From: Bacteriovoracia bacterium
Lineage (GTDB): Bacteria > Bdellovibrionota > UBA1018 > CAIPTA01
Assembly: GCA_050246755.1 (NCBI GenBank)
Contig: JBFWVL010000001.1
Coordinates: forward strand, 1,024,001 to 1,088,000
Direction of reading: 5' to 3'
Length of the DNA: 64,000 nucleotides
Below, in pieces: positions 37,992 through 48,190 of the stretch. Position numbers and translations under genes: made by a program. A model generated the notes under the pieces. The model saw only the letters and a program-made list of their open reading frames with translations. It searched no databases and was not told the origin of the DNA. Within the stretch, counting starts at the first letter, position 1. Every line of letters starts with the position of its first letter.

Positions 37992-39326
37992 ATGCTCGAA
38001 AATTCCCACGATAAGCCCGCCGGACCGATCAGTGAGCTCATCGCGGAAGAAGTCACCACCCATAGCCGCTACTTTGACGCAACTATCCAAGTTTATCCCC
38101 TCGCCCATGAAGAGGGGACCATTTTGAGAAAATTGCGTTCTCCCCAAAAAATGGTCGTTCGCCACCTTCAAGAGGCGCATTCCGCCGACACCCAGGCTCG
38201 TCGCCTTTTTTTTCTCAACGGTAATCTTAACCATCACCTAGACGTGGAGGGATTACTTGGCGAACTAAAGCGGGTGATGCACCGTGGGGACCGGGTGACC
38301 GCGGTGGTTTACAATAGCTACCTCCGTGCGCTCTACCATCTCGCAAACCTTTTTGGATGGAGAAAGGGTGACTTGCCTACCACCTATTTTACGCAAGCTT
38401 CGCTGGAAAATATCGCTAAGCTGGCGGGATTCGAAATCACCCGCTCTCGACCCGTTGGCTTCGTGCCCTTCCGCCTGTTGGGACTCGGTAAAGCTTTAAA
38501 TATCCTACTCCAGGGACTTCCGGGAATCCGTTGGTTTGGCCTTGCCCAAGTAGTAGTTCTTCGCCCACTACTTCCATCTACGAATAAGCTGAGCGTTAGC
38601 ATTCTTATCCCGGCAAGGAACGAGCGCGGAAATATAGAGAGCGCCATTTCCCGCCTTCCCTCCCTCGGTGGAGCCAAGCGAGAAGTAATCTTCATAGAAG
38701 GGCACTCCACTGATGGAACCTGGGAAGAGATCCTCCGCGTACAAAAAAAGTATGCGGAGTCTCTTAGGATAGTTGCCCTACAGCAAGAGGGCACAGGCAA
38801 AGCGGATGCCGTGCGCCTTGGGCTCGCCAAGGCCACCGGCGATTTAGTCACCATTCTCGACGCCGATCTCACCATGCCCCCCGAGCTGCTGTCGCGATTT
38901 TATGAGGCGTATGAGCTTGGCCTCGCAGATTTCGTAAACGGCAGCCGTCTTCTCTACCCCATGGAAGGCGAAGCGATGCGGTTTCTAAATTGGCTGGGAA
39001 ACATATTTTTCGCCAAAGCGCTCAGCTTCGTGCTGGAGACCCAGCTCGGAGACTCTCTCTGCGGAACCAAGCTAATGGCCCGCAGAGACTACGAGCGATT
39101 TTGCCAGTGGAGAAAAGACTTCGGCGTATTTGATCCCTTCGGGGATTTTGAGCTGCTTTTTCCCGCCGCGGTTTTGGGCCTTGGAAGCATCGATATTCCC
39201 GTGCGGTACCGAGCGCGCACCTACGGATTTACCAATATTCAGCGATTCCGCGATGGCTGGGTACTTCTCAGAATGACCCTACTAGCCTTGACGCGCATAC
39301 GGTTCGGCCTAGGTTCTACACGGTAG
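37992..39326 (+). CDS. GT2 polyprenol-phosphate glycosyltransferase with N-terminal methyltransferase-like domain
   Basis: IPARNERGNI, EGHSTDGT, ILDADL, DSLCGTK, DPFGDF, RYRARTYG; ATG at 37992 preferred. Confidence 0.88.
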   Translation: MLENSHDKPAGPISELIAEEVTTHSRYFDATIQVYPLAHEEGTILRKLRSPQKMVVRHLQEAHSADTQARRLFFLNGNLNHHLDVEGLLGELKRVMHRGDRVTAVVYNSYLRALYHLANLFGWRKGDLPTTYFTQASLENIAKLAGFEITRSRPVGFVPFRLLGLGKALNILLQGLPGIRWFGLAQVVVLRPLLPSTNKLSVSILIPARNERGNIESAISRLPSLGGAKREVIFIEGHSTDGTWEEILRVQKKYAESLRIVALQQEGTGKADAVRLGLAKATGDLVTILDADLTMPPELLSRFYEAYELGLADFVNGSRLLYPMEGEAMRFLNWLGNIFFAKALSFVLETQLGDSLCGTKLMARRDYERFCQWRKDFGVFDPFGDFELLFPAAVLGLGSIDIPVRYRARTYGFTNIQRFRDGWVLLRMTLLALTRIRFGLGSTR

Positions 39327-39343
39327 AAGAAACTGGGTTTCTC

Positions 39344-39371
39344 TAAAGGCAATACGCGAATCACCCGAAAA
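39344..39371 (+). promoter_or_regulatory. Candidate sigma28 (FliA)-type promoter
   Basis: TAAA-N16-CCCGAAAA versus consensus TAAA-N15-GCCGATAA, 7 nt before the ATG at 39379. Confidence 0.4.
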
Positions 39372-39378
39372 TTAGGGG

Positions 39379-40362
39379 ATGACAATATTCTCCTCTATTC
39401 CCTATTTTTTCGCTGCCTTAGCGCTTCCGCTTGCCGCAGATGCGGCCATTCAATGTAGCCGCAGCGATACACGGGAATGTGGGACGGATTCGCTTTATGC
39501 TTCAAAAATTTTTCGTGAATCCATGAAGACCCTTACCGGCAAAAGCTTTGAGCCCGAACAGATCAAAAAAGTACGCTTCCACGATGGCGGCTGGGCATCC
39601 TATAAGCTTGGGCAAAATGAAATCGACTTTGCTAAGCGCAACAAGCTTCCCGCCAGCTACTTCAAAAAAACTCAATGGTACTTGATTGAGGTTTCTGGCG
39701 AAGGGGACCTACTAAAAACATTCCAAGTGGATCTTGATTTTGGGGCCTACTCCGAGGGCGCAACCCCCGCCGATTATAAAATAGCCACCGTAGAAAATGC
39801 CCGCGTAACCGAATTGCCACCATACAAATTGGAAGAAGAGAAACAACGGACCACGGCCAAGAAAATGCCGGAGAACGGCTTCGTATGCGAAAATGAAGAT
39901 CTCGGGTTGGTGCTTAGCGGAGAGCCCCTAAAAAATTCCCTTTCCTTCGGACAGACCATCGACGCCGCCCTCGCCAAAGCCAATGACGGAAAATCGGAAA
40001 CCGACTTGGGAAACTATAAAGTAATACTGAGCGATTTCGGCATTAAAAAACCACCCACCCTTCCCCCAGCGCGGGAAGAGCTGGAAGTTTCAATGCAGCT
40101 AGATCTCGACTACAAAAAAGGCACTCCCGACCACTACGACCTTGGATTCGTAGCTCGCAGCCCTACCATTTCCTTCTGGCGCGCTCTTTCCGGATACAAT
40201 AATATTCAAAAATACTGCACTAGCGCGGCCAGCAAAGGCACCGAAGACCAAAAAGAAATTTGCGAAAGCGATCCGCACGAAGCGCTGGTTATTCAAACCC
40301 GTGATAAAAAATGGGAAAAGGTGGTTTGCCACTTTTACGAAAAGTCGGCTTATTCACGCTAG
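39379..40362 (+). CDS. Secreted hypothetical protein (6 Cys)
   Basis: Signal peptide ending ADA; hydrophilic; no family recognised. Confidence 0.8.
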   Translation: MTIFSSIPYFFAALALPLAADAAIQCSRSDTRECGTDSLYASKIFRESMKTLTGKSFEPEQIKKVRFHDGGWASYKLGQNEIDFAKRNKLPASYFKKTQWYLIEVSGEGDLLKTFQVDLDFGAYSEGATPADYKIATVENARVTELPPYKLEEEKQRTTAKKMPENGFVCENEDLGLVLSGEPLKNSLSFGQTIDAALAKANDGKSETDLGNYKVILSDFGIKKPPTLPPAREELEVSMQLDLDYKKGTPDHYDLGFVARSPTISFWRALSGYNNIQKYCTSAASKGTEDQKEICESDPHEALVIQTRDKKWEKVVCHFYEKSAYSR

Positions 40363-41127
40363 TTAAATGTCGCGAAACGGTTTGGCCTGCAAAATGAGCA
40401 GACTGCCCATGAGCGGTCGCAACTTAACCTCGACGCGGTGTAATAATTGCGCCAGCGAACCAGATACGGCGTTCACGAAGGGCGCGACCACAAAAATGGA
40501 ATTGATTCCGGTGGCTTCAAATCCGCAGGTCTCGAGAAACTTCACCAAAGAGTTCGGCGTAAATTTACTGATATGCTGCTCGTGGTATTTAACGGGACTG
40601 GCCCGTTCGAGCAACCATTCGATCATCGGCCAAAAGCTGCGATAGTTGGGCGTGGTGAGCACGAAAACCCCTTCCGGCTTTAGCACCCGGCGCGCTTCCG
40701 CCAGAATTTTCGCCGCCAAAAAAGGATGGATATGCTCGATAACCTCGATGCAGGTTACGGCATCGAAGGAGGCGTCTGGATAGGGTAACTTTTCACCGTC
40801 GAGCAGCTGAAATTTAATATTCCCCGGAAATTTCGCGGCGATGTTTTTAGCCGCAAAATCTATTTGCGGAGAAGCAATATCCACTCCGGTGGCCTGAACT
40901 CCGGGCACTGTCTCCCCCAAAACAGCCAGGAAAGAACCTGGTCCGCAGCCGAAATCCAAAACCGTTTTGGCGCCGCTGCTCCTTACCAGTTTGGCCACTT
41001 CCAGGAATTTTTCCCGATGCCAAAATCTTTGTATTGCGTGGCCCTTGAGCATTACTTCGTAATAATAACCTGCGGGTATTTCACTATAATTAAATACGCT
41101 GTTCTTGGTGCGATGAATGGGAAGCAC
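40363..41127 (-). CDS. Class I SAM-dependent methyltransferase
   Basis: VLDFGCGPG, GVDI, FDAVTCIEVIEH, RVLKPEG, TTPN; GTG at 41127 overlaps the upstream stop (TAGTG). Confidence 0.9.
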   Translation of the reverse strand: MLPIHRTKNSVFNYSEIPAGYYYEVMLKGHAIQRFWHREKFLEVAKLVRSSGAKTVLDFGCGPGSFLAVLGETVPGVQATGVDIASPQIDFAAKNIAAKFPGNIKFQLLDGEKLPYPDASFDAVTCIEVIEHIHPFLAAKILAEARRVLKPEGVFVLTTPNYRSFWPMIEWLLERASPVKYHEQHISKFTPNSLVKFLETCGFEATGINSIFVVAPFVNAVSGSLAQLLHRVEVKLRPLMGSLLILQAKPFRDI

Positions 41128-42509
41128 TAATGGCACCTCAGAACTTGATAGCTTTTGGGAAAAAGGCCCGGCTGAATACTTTCCGGGTTCAGACAGTCTG
41201 CTGGTAGGGCCGTACGTCCTGGCAATGGACACATCGCTTGGTCGTAAAGTAGTACCTTACCCCTTGCGGACATACTCGGCATTTGTTCCTTTACGGTAAT
41301 TGCGCTGCCGGATTCGTGAAAAAAGCGATCCATAGAAAGCGATCCCTCATTGCAAGGCATCCAAAGCTCGGTAGCGCCGGCACGCTCCAGGCCAGCGGCA
41401 TTAGCTACGATTGCCCCGATATCATGCAGACGTCCAAAATTAATATAGGAACGGTAGGAACTCACCATTACCGCAAAGATTGCCAGCAACGAAAGCCAAA
41501 TCCCGGCAGGAATTTTTTTCAAATACCAGAAACCAAGCTGAACGATTAAAGCGGCATACAGAGGAGTAATCACCGACTGTACATAGCCCTGAATGCCCCA
41601 AGGTAAAAACAATACGAGGAAGGCACTTACTCCGGCCAACGGTATGAGCAGCTCCGGACTTTCCCAAACTGTACTCCAATTCGCGGCGATCCAAACAAGG
41701 GCGGCAAAAATTGGAACTAAGAAAAGTGCGCCATGCACCGAAAGTAAATTAGGTATGATTTTCCCGGCGCTATATTGGCGCGTATACCCGCCACGGCTGG
41801 ATATATAAGCAAAGGATAAAACCATTCCTATTCCCAGGGCCATCAATAAAAAGGATTCCACCCACGCTCGGGACTCCCCTTTTTTAAGTCTAGGCGCCGC
41901 CGCCGCCAGATAGGCCATGAAAGCCACGCAGTAATGGATAGCGAAAGAAGCTTTTACACAAGCTCCGAAACAAATCCAAGCCAGTGCCACGATCCAAAAA
42001 CTCCATGTTTTCCAACGCTCACGGTTCCAGCAGTGCCAGGTAAGGCCCGCCCCCGCGAGTAGAATCATTTTTTCCTGAAGGCTCGGGTGCTGCAACAAAT
42101 CATGGCCATAGAAAAAAGCGGCCGAACCGAGAAGAATAGGAACTATGGAAATTTTTAGAATACGGGCCAATACCGCGGAGTAAAGCCAGATCACCGAAAG
42201 TACAATTAGAGCATTCCAAGCAAAAGTGACCCAGGATGCAGTGGCCATGCCTGGCGCATAAATTAGATAAACCATTGGTGGATAAGTTGGGCGAAACATC
42301 CCCCACCCAAGGTCCCCCACACCATAAATCCAAGCAAAACGGAAAATGCCTGCGTCGCGCATTCTTGGCACCATATAAAATAAATTGGTCACGTCGTCCA
42401 TCAACCCCCAATGAGGGCGCAGGATGAAAATGGACAGAAGTATCACGACCGGTATTAGCCAAACACAGATTCGCGGAATATATTTTTCTAAGAAAATCGT
42501 GAGCTTCAA
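41127..42509 (-). CDS. Polytopic membrane protein, probable GT-C glycosyltransferase
   Basis: GLMDD acidic motif after TM1, FRP motif, LQE and K motifs, about 11 TMs plus a soluble C-terminus. Confidence 0.6.
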   Translation of the reverse strand: MKLTIFLEKYIPRICVWLIPVVILLSIFILRPHWGLMDDVTNLFYMVPRMRDAGIFRFAWIYGVGDLGWGMFRPTYPPMVYLIYAPGMATASWVTFAWNALIVLSVIWLYSAVLARILKISIVPILLGSAAFFYGHDLLQHPSLQEKMILLAGAGLTWHCWNRERWKTWSFWIVALAWICFGACVKASFAIHYCVAFMAYLAAAAPRLKKGESRAWVESFLLMALGIGMVLSFAYISSRGGYTRQYSAGKIIPNLLSVHGALFLVPIFAALVWIAANWSTVWESPELLIPLAGVSAFLVLFLPWGIQGYVQSVITPLYAALIVQLGFWYLKKIPAGIWLSLLAIFAVMVSSYRSYINFGRLHDIGAIVANAAGLERAGATELWMPCNEGSLSMDRFFHESGSAITVKEQMPSMSARGKVLLYDQAMCPLPGRTALPADCLNPESIQPGLFPKSYQVLRCH

Positions 42510-42535
42510 GGGAACTCTTTCGTAAAGCGGAAAAA

Positions 42536-43543
42536 TTATACTCTATAATACTGCCGGTACCAGGCCACGAACTTCTTCACGCCGTCTTCGATGGAAGTGG
42601 CGGGCTTAAAACCCACGTCGCGCACCAGATCTTCTACGTCAGCAAAAGTTTCGGGCACGTCACCCGGCTGAAGAGGCATAAGATTCTTAATGGCTTTCTT
42701 TCCCACTGCTTTTTCGATCGCCTCAATAAAGTGCATTAAATCCACGGGCTGATTGTTGCCGATATTATAGAGGCGGTAGGGAGCTGTGCTGGTGGCAGGA
42801 TCCGGCGCATTGGAATCCCAATTGGCATTTGGAGCAGCCACTTTATCCAAAGCGCGTACCAGGCCCTCCACGATATCTTCCACAAAAGTAAAATCGCGGC
42901 GCATGTTCCCGCCATTGAAAACATCGATTGGCCTTCCTTCGAGAATGGCCTTTGTGAAAAGGAAAAGCGCCATGTCCGGGCGCCCCCATGGGCCGTAGAC
43001 CGTAAAAAACCGCAGGCCCGTGACCGGCAAGCGATATAAATGAGCGTAGGTATGAGCCATAAGCTCATTCGCTTTTTTGGTGGCGGCGTATAGCGAAATG
43101 GGATGATCCACGTTCTGATGCACCGAAAAGGGCAGCGAGGTGTGAGCACCATAAACAGAGGAAGTAGAGGCATATACCAGGTGCTGCACTTTATGGTGCC
43201 GGCAGCCTTCAAGAATATGCAGAAAGCCGGTAATGTTGCTGTCCACATATACGTGCGGGTTAGTGATCGAGTAGCGTACGCCCGCCTGAGCGGCCAGATG
43301 AACCACACGATCGAAATTTCCTTCACTTAATATCGTATCTATGGCCACGCGATCCGCGAGATCGGCTTTATGGAAACGGAAATTTTTCATGCCTAAAAGC
43401 TGGGCCAGACGCGCCTGCTTGAGTGAGACGTCATAGTAGTCATTGATATTATCGAGGCCGACCACTTCGTCGCCGCGCGCCAAGAGACGCTGACTCACGT
43501 GGAAACCAATAAAACCCGCGGCGCCGGTAACCAATACCTTCAT
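42536..43543 (-). CDS. UDP-glucuronate 4-epimerase-like NAD-dependent epimerase (CapI/WcaG type)
   Basis: [42 protein letters not shown]; ATGA-coupled to the upstream gene. Confidence 0.93.
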   Translation of the reverse strand: MKVLVTGAAGFIGFHVSQRLLARGDEVVGLDNINDYYDVSLKQARLAQLLGMKNFRFHKADLADRVAIDTILSEGNFDRVVHLAAQAGVRYSITNPHVYVDSNITGFLHILEGCRHHKVQHLVYASTSSVYGAHTSLPFSVHQNVDHPISLYAATKKANELMAHTYAHLYRLPVTGLRFFTVYGPWGRPDMALFLFTKAILEGRPIDVFNGGNMRRDFTFVEDIVEGLVRALDKVAAPNANWDSNAPDPATSTAPYRLYNIGNNQPVDLMHFIEAIEKAVGKKAIKNLMPLQPGDVPETFADVEDLVRDVGFKPATSIEDGVKKFVAWYRQYYRV

Positions 43544-44829
43544 AGCCGCCAAACCTCGAACCCGAGCTTACCAAGAGTTTCGCGGTCGAAAGCGGCCTTT
43601 ACGTCCATAAAAGGAGCGTGAGGACCGGCAAGCTTCGCGAGGGCTGCCAATTCGATTCCTAAAATTTGTTTGTGAGAAACTGCAGCCACGATGGCTTCAT
43701 ATTTAGGCTGGCTCTGCCAATCGACGAGGTCCACGCCGTATTCATGCTTGGCCTCAGCTTTATCGGCCACGGGATCCCAGACGTGAACCTTGAGGCCGTA
43801 ACTCTGAAGCTCCGCGATCACGTCGATTACTTTGGAGTTCCGTAAATCGGCGCAATTTTCCTTAAAGGTGATCCCCATTACGAGCACGGGGGCTCCCTGA
43901 ATGGAGCGGCCATTTCGGCTCATGCTCTTCACGGTTTGTTCCGCGATAAAAGCCCCCACTCCGTCATTAATGCGACGGCCAGCCAATATCACTTGCGGAT
44001 GATAGCCAAGCATCTCGGCCTTATGGGTCAGGTAATAAGGATCTACGCCGATGCAATGGCCGCCAACGAGGCCGGGGCGAAACGGAAGAAAATTCCACTT
44101 AGTGCTCGCCGTCTTAATTACGTCGCTGGTATCGATTCCCATGCGGTGAAAAATAATCGCTAGTTCATTCATTAGGGCGATATTGAGATCGCGTTGGGTA
44201 TTTTCAATTACCTTGGCAGCCTCGGCCACCTTGATACTGGCGGCCTTAAATACTCCGGCTTCAATTACCTGGCCGTAAAGCCAGGCTACCTGTTCGAGGG
44301 TGGCCGCATCCTGCCCCGATACCACTTTCACAATTCTCTCGAGAGTATGCTCTTTATCTCCGGGATTAATTCTTTCAGGAGAATATCCCACGGTAAAATC
44401 ACGGCCGCATTTCAATCCGGAATGCTTCTCCAACAAGGGCACACAATAGTCTTCGGTCACGCCGGGGTATACCGTGGATTCGTAAATCACGATGGCACCC
44501 TTTTTGAGGTTTTTCCCTACCGTAGCGCTTGCCCCGTCCAGGGGGGAAAGATCAGGGCGTTTCGCCTCGTCGATCGGAGTGGGCACGGCCACCACCACAA
44601 AATCGGCCTTCTTTAATTCGGCTGGGTCGGTAGTATAAACAATTTGTTTTGCCGCCTGAAATTTTTCAGAATCCATTTCACCGGTTGGATCTATGCCTTT
44701 TCGGTAGGCATTGATCTTCGATTCGGAAAGATCGAAGCCAATGGTGTTCATTTTGCGGCCGAAGCCAAGGGCGAGGGGTAAGCCCACGTATCCTAGGCCA
44801 AGAACTGCTACGGTTTTTTGGGGGGTCAT
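43540..44829 (-). CDS. UDP-N-acetylhexosamine 6-dehydrogenase (WbpO/TviB type)
   Basis: [57 protein letters not shown]; GGAGG SD before 44829. Confidence 0.93.
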   Translation of the reverse strand: MTPQKTVAVLGLGYVGLPLALGFGRKMNTIGFDLSESKINAYRKGIDPTGEMDSEKFQAAKQIVYTTDPAELKKADFVVVAVPTPIDEAKRPDLSPLDGASATVGKNLKKGAIVIYESTVYPGVTEDYCVPLLEKHSGLKCGRDFTVGYSPERINPGDKEHTLERIVKVVSGQDAATLEQVAWLYGQVIEAGVFKAASIKVAEAAKVIENTQRDLNIALMNELAIIFHRMGIDTSDVIKTASTKWNFLPFRPGLVGGHCIGVDPYYLTHKAEMLGYHPQVILAGRRINDGVGAFIAEQTVKSMSRNGRSIQGAPVLVMGITFKENCADLRNSKVIDVIAELQSYGLKVHVWDPVADKAEAKHEYGVDLVDWQSQPKYEAIVAAVSHKQILGIELAALAKLAGPHAPFMDVKAAFDRETLGKLGFEVWRL

Positions 44830-44871
44830 GGATAGCCTCCGCGCAGACCATACCACAGCGGAATCTTCTTA

Positions 44872-47313
44872 TCAGCCCGATCTCGCAGGGAAAAGGGGGC
44901 GTGGCGTCATCCTGCGAGATAAGAAAAGGCCAGCCAGCCCAGCCAGAAAACTCAGCGCCGAAATCAATAAACCAATACGGTAAGAGGCGGGCTCAAACCG
45001 GAACACCAATTCCCCGCCCCCAGCGGGCACCTCCACGCCTCGCAAAGCGTAGTTTGCCCGAAAAATAGCCACTGGCTTCCCGTTAAGCTCAGCGCTCCAA
45101 CCGGGATAAAACGATTCGCTAGCCACGAAAATCCCTGCCTGCTTGTTTGTTAGGCGATACCTGGAGCGCTCAAAGTCGCTGCCGAGAAACTCGGCGTCTC
45201 CGGGAGCAAGCCCCTTTTGAGGACCTATGCTTGGGGCATTCTCGAGCCACGGTCTATCAGAGTTCGGGCCTTCTCCCTTGGCAACTCTTTCCCGGCTTTC
45301 GGCATAGGAAATCAGCTCGAAATCATAAAATACCTGGCCCCGCTCGCGAACGAGGCGATTTTCGTAGATCGCGACCGCGCCCAAATGGCGTAGAATCAAG
45401 TGCGGGCTAACCAGGGGCGGATCGGGGTTGGTCAAAATATAGCGAACATTCTGGGAACCGAGCGCCTCATAGTTGGAAAGCGGCGCGGGGAGGTCATAAG
45501 CTACCGCGGGACGGATTCCATCGAAGCCCTCGATGGTGGCATAGCCGAAAAAGTAATTGGAATTTGAAGGAATGATCTGCTTTTCTTTGCCGATTCCGTG
45601 AAGATCGTTCACAGTAGCGCGAAAACGGTAGGCCGAACTCTCCTTCATAAAAAAGTCGGAAATCTCATTTTCTGGAAAAATAGGAAACTTATTCAGATCA
45701 TGAAAACCATGCCAACTGTGCGCAAAAATACCGGCCTGGGCTAAAGTGAGAAACAAGGCGCACGCGCTAAAAATACGATCCTCAATTTTTCGGTGGCCCC
45801 ATAAAAGACAGATCCCCACCGCGATTCCGGTGAGAGCTAGCGGAATATTGTATTCCCAGGAATTCAGCGACCAATGGCGTACCGCCGCCTCCGCCCTCTC
45901 TAGCATCCATCCGGGGTTGCGCGACCCGAGCGTGGACTGTTCCATTCGCGCGAGCACAAAATTACGGGCTTTCGTCTCCAGCCAGCCGGGCTTCAGCCAT
46001 ACCAGAGCTCTTAGTGCGGCGCCGCCTGCGAACAAAGCCAAGGTCAAACCCATCGCCCATCGGCTTATGCGCAGAAAAAAATCGCGCCTCGCCCCGCCGG
46101 ACAGAAACTCAAAACCTACTCCAGCCAGAAGCGCCACCCCACAAAGATAAACCGCAAAGAATCGGAAATAGAAATACCGGTCCAAGGGAGTAAGCACCGG
46201 AATCGCAATTCCTCCGATTGCCAGAGCCCAGCATCCCCAAAAGGCCGGTGGCTGCTCCTTGAGCCGGCCGGAAGAAATCCCCAAAAGCAGGGGAATGGTT
46301 CCCAGGAAGAGAGAAAAATCCTGTAGGTGGGACCGCGCCAGTTTCGCCAAATCCATCGTTCGCACGGTGCCTATTTCTTGGGGAAAAAAAGCTGCCACAA
46401 GCAGGGGCAAGCTGAAAATTCGCTCTAGCAAATTTTTTCCGTAGTAGACTCCCGACACCCTCGATCCGCCTTTGGCCAAATCGGCTAAAAAGTATTCCAT
46501 TTGCGGCAGCCACATGACGGCGGAGAAAAGAAAGGCCAGGAACAATACTGCAAATCCGATTCCCACCGCGCTAGCGAGGCTTGCCCATTTCCCATGACGC
46601 CACCCCGAAACTGCGAGAAAAATTCCCAGCGCCAATATCAGCGCCGCCGAGCTCTGAAGAAAACCATCGAGAAATGCCAGAGCGAGAAAAACGGCGCACC
46701 CAAAAATCGCGTGAAAAGAAAATCTTTCCTGGCAGCGCTTGGCGAAAAGCAAAACGAAGGGAAACCACGCGTAAGGCGCATGCAACCACCACCGCAAAAG
46801 TAGCGTGATAAAAATGCTGGAAAACATATAAGACAAGCCGGCCAGGAGCGCAGCGCGATTGCGTATCCCGAAATCTTTGGCAAAAGAGAACATCGCGATA
46901 CCAGCAATCCAAAGCGACAAGAGAAGCTTAAACGGATAGGTGAACTCGAGCGGACCCAGCATGAGAACCCAGTTCAGAGGCGAAAAATGCGATGCGTAGG
47001 TATTCGCATAAACCGCCAACCCGCCGAAAATTTCTGGCACCCAATAGGGCCGATAAAGATGGGCTTTCGCACCCGCTTCGTAGAGGTAATAAAACTTAAA
47101 AATATCGTCGTCGAAATGATTGAAAGGACTGAATTGCGGAAAGTTCTCCGCAAATGGCTTGTAAGACATCAAATAGCTATCGACCGGAAGAAAGCTTAAA
47201 CCCTTCAAAAAAAATGGGTTGAACACGAGAAAAATGGCCGAAGCATAGAGAAGGGTAGCCCCTAAATAAGGTTTCAGCAAAAGAAGCCGTAGGCGCAGAG
47301 AAGGGGGAAGCAA
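44872..47313 (-). CDS. YfhO-family GT-C membrane glycosyltransferase
   Basis: FDDD loop motif, YWVPEIFGG, many TMs, C-terminal SESFYPGWSA...ANYALRGVEVPAG...FEP YfhO signature; AAAGGAG SD before TTG. Confidence 0.85.
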   Translation of the reverse strand: MLPPSLRLRLLLLKPYLGATLLYASAIFLVFNPFFLKGLSFLPVDSYLMSYKPFAENFPQFSPFNHFDDDIFKFYYLYEAGAKAHLYRPYWVPEIFGGLAVYANTYASHFSPLNWVLMLGPLEFTYPFKLLLSLWIAGIAMFSFAKDFGIRNRAALLAGLSYMFSSIFITLLLRWWLHAPYAWFPFVLLFAKRCQERFSFHAIFGCAVFLALAFLDGFLQSSAALILALGIFLAVSGWRHGKWASLASAVGIGFAVLFLAFLFSAVMWLPQMEYFLADLAKGGSRVSGVYYGKNLLERIFSLPLLVAAFFPQEIGTVRTMDLAKLARSHLQDFSLFLGTIPLLLGISSGRLKEQPPAFWGCWALAIGGIAIPVLTPLDRYFYFRFFAVYLCGVALLAGVGFEFLSGGARRDFFLRISRWAMGLTLALFAGGAALRALVWLKPGWLETKARNFVLARMEQSTLGSRNPGWMLERAEAAVRHWSLNSWEYNIPLALTGIAVGICLLWGHRKIEDRIFSACALFLTLAQAGIFAHSWHGFHDLNKFPIFPENEISDFFMKESSAYRFRATVNDLHGIGKEKQIIPSNSNYFFGYATIEGFDGIRPAVAYDLPAPLSNYEALGSQNVRYILTNPDPPLVSPHLILRHLGAVAIYENRLVRERGQVFYDFELISYAESRERVAKGEGPNSDRPWLENAPSIGPQKGLAPGDAEFLGSDFERSRYRLTNKQAGIFVASESFYPGWSAELNGKPVAIFRANYALRGVEVPAGGGELVFRFEPASYRIGLLISALSFLAGLAGLFLSRRMTPRPLFPARSG

Positions 47314-47423
47314 AAACGATTTCTCCTTTGTTTACCGACGAGACAATAGTCTCATTTTCTTTTCGAAAAAATCTCTATATTGTAGGGAAACCACGCCCAT
47401 TACTGAACGAATAGACACAAAAA

Positions 47424-48176
47424 ATGACGCCCAACAGCACCCCTGAGCCATCCCCCCGCGCTTTTCCGAATATGGAGGTGCCCACGCGGGAAATGATGGA
47501 TTTCAAACAAAAGATTCTGCACCGCTCTTGGGTAAACCGTGAAGCTTATTTGCTAAGCCGCTGCCGTGACTTCAAAAATATTCTCCACGTAGGTTGTTCC
47601 GATGCCCCCTTTACCGAGCCTCTCCTGAAATCGGGAAAACTTTTACATCCAAAAATTCTTCAAATTAAGCCGAATTCGGTCGGCTTCGACCAAAACGCGA
47701 ATGGGGTCCAACGATTACAGCGCGCTTGCCCAGACGGCACCTTCCAAAAAGGCGATTTCGAAGCTATCGACGTTTATTTTTCGCCCGGTGGCTTCGACCT
47801 CATCGCGGCTGGAGAAATTTTGGAAAAGCTCTCAAACCCCGGCGCTTTCCTGGAAGCCTGCGCCAAACTACTGCGCCCCGACGGAGTACTGCTGCTTACC
47901 GTACCCAGCGCTTTCGGCCTACGCCGTTACGTGCATAATATTTTAGGGGTGGAGAACTGCCACCCGGAACATACTTTTTACTTTAGCGAAAAAACGATCC
48001 TTACGTTGGCCAAGCGCCATAAATTCTCCGTTTTTCGCAGCCACTACTATCGGTCTCCGCACAGCGAGTCCTGGTTAAAGCGTGCGCTTTACACCTGCGT
48101 AGAAACCATCCCCGCGTATATTTTAGGCAGCCACTTTCTCGACGGAATCGTAATCGAGCTAAAAAAGCAAATTTAG
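47424..48176 (+). CDS. Class I SAM-dependent methyltransferase
   Basis: ILHVGC, GFD, FDLIAAGEILE, LRPDG, LTVP, HPEH motifs. Confidence 0.85.
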   Translation: MTPNSTPEPSPRAFPNMEVPTREMMDFKQKILHRSWVNREAYLLSRCRDFKNILHVGCSDAPFTEPLLKSGKLLHPKILQIKPNSVGFDQNANGVQRLQRACPDGTFQKGDFEAIDVYFSPGGFDLIAAGEILEKLSNPGAFLEACAKLLRPDGVLLLTVPSAFGLRRYVHNILGVENCHPEHTFYFSEKTILTLAKRHKFSVFRSHYYRSPHSESWLKRALYTCVETIPAYILGSHFLDGIVIELKKQI

Positions 48177-48190
48177 GGTAGTTATTTTTT

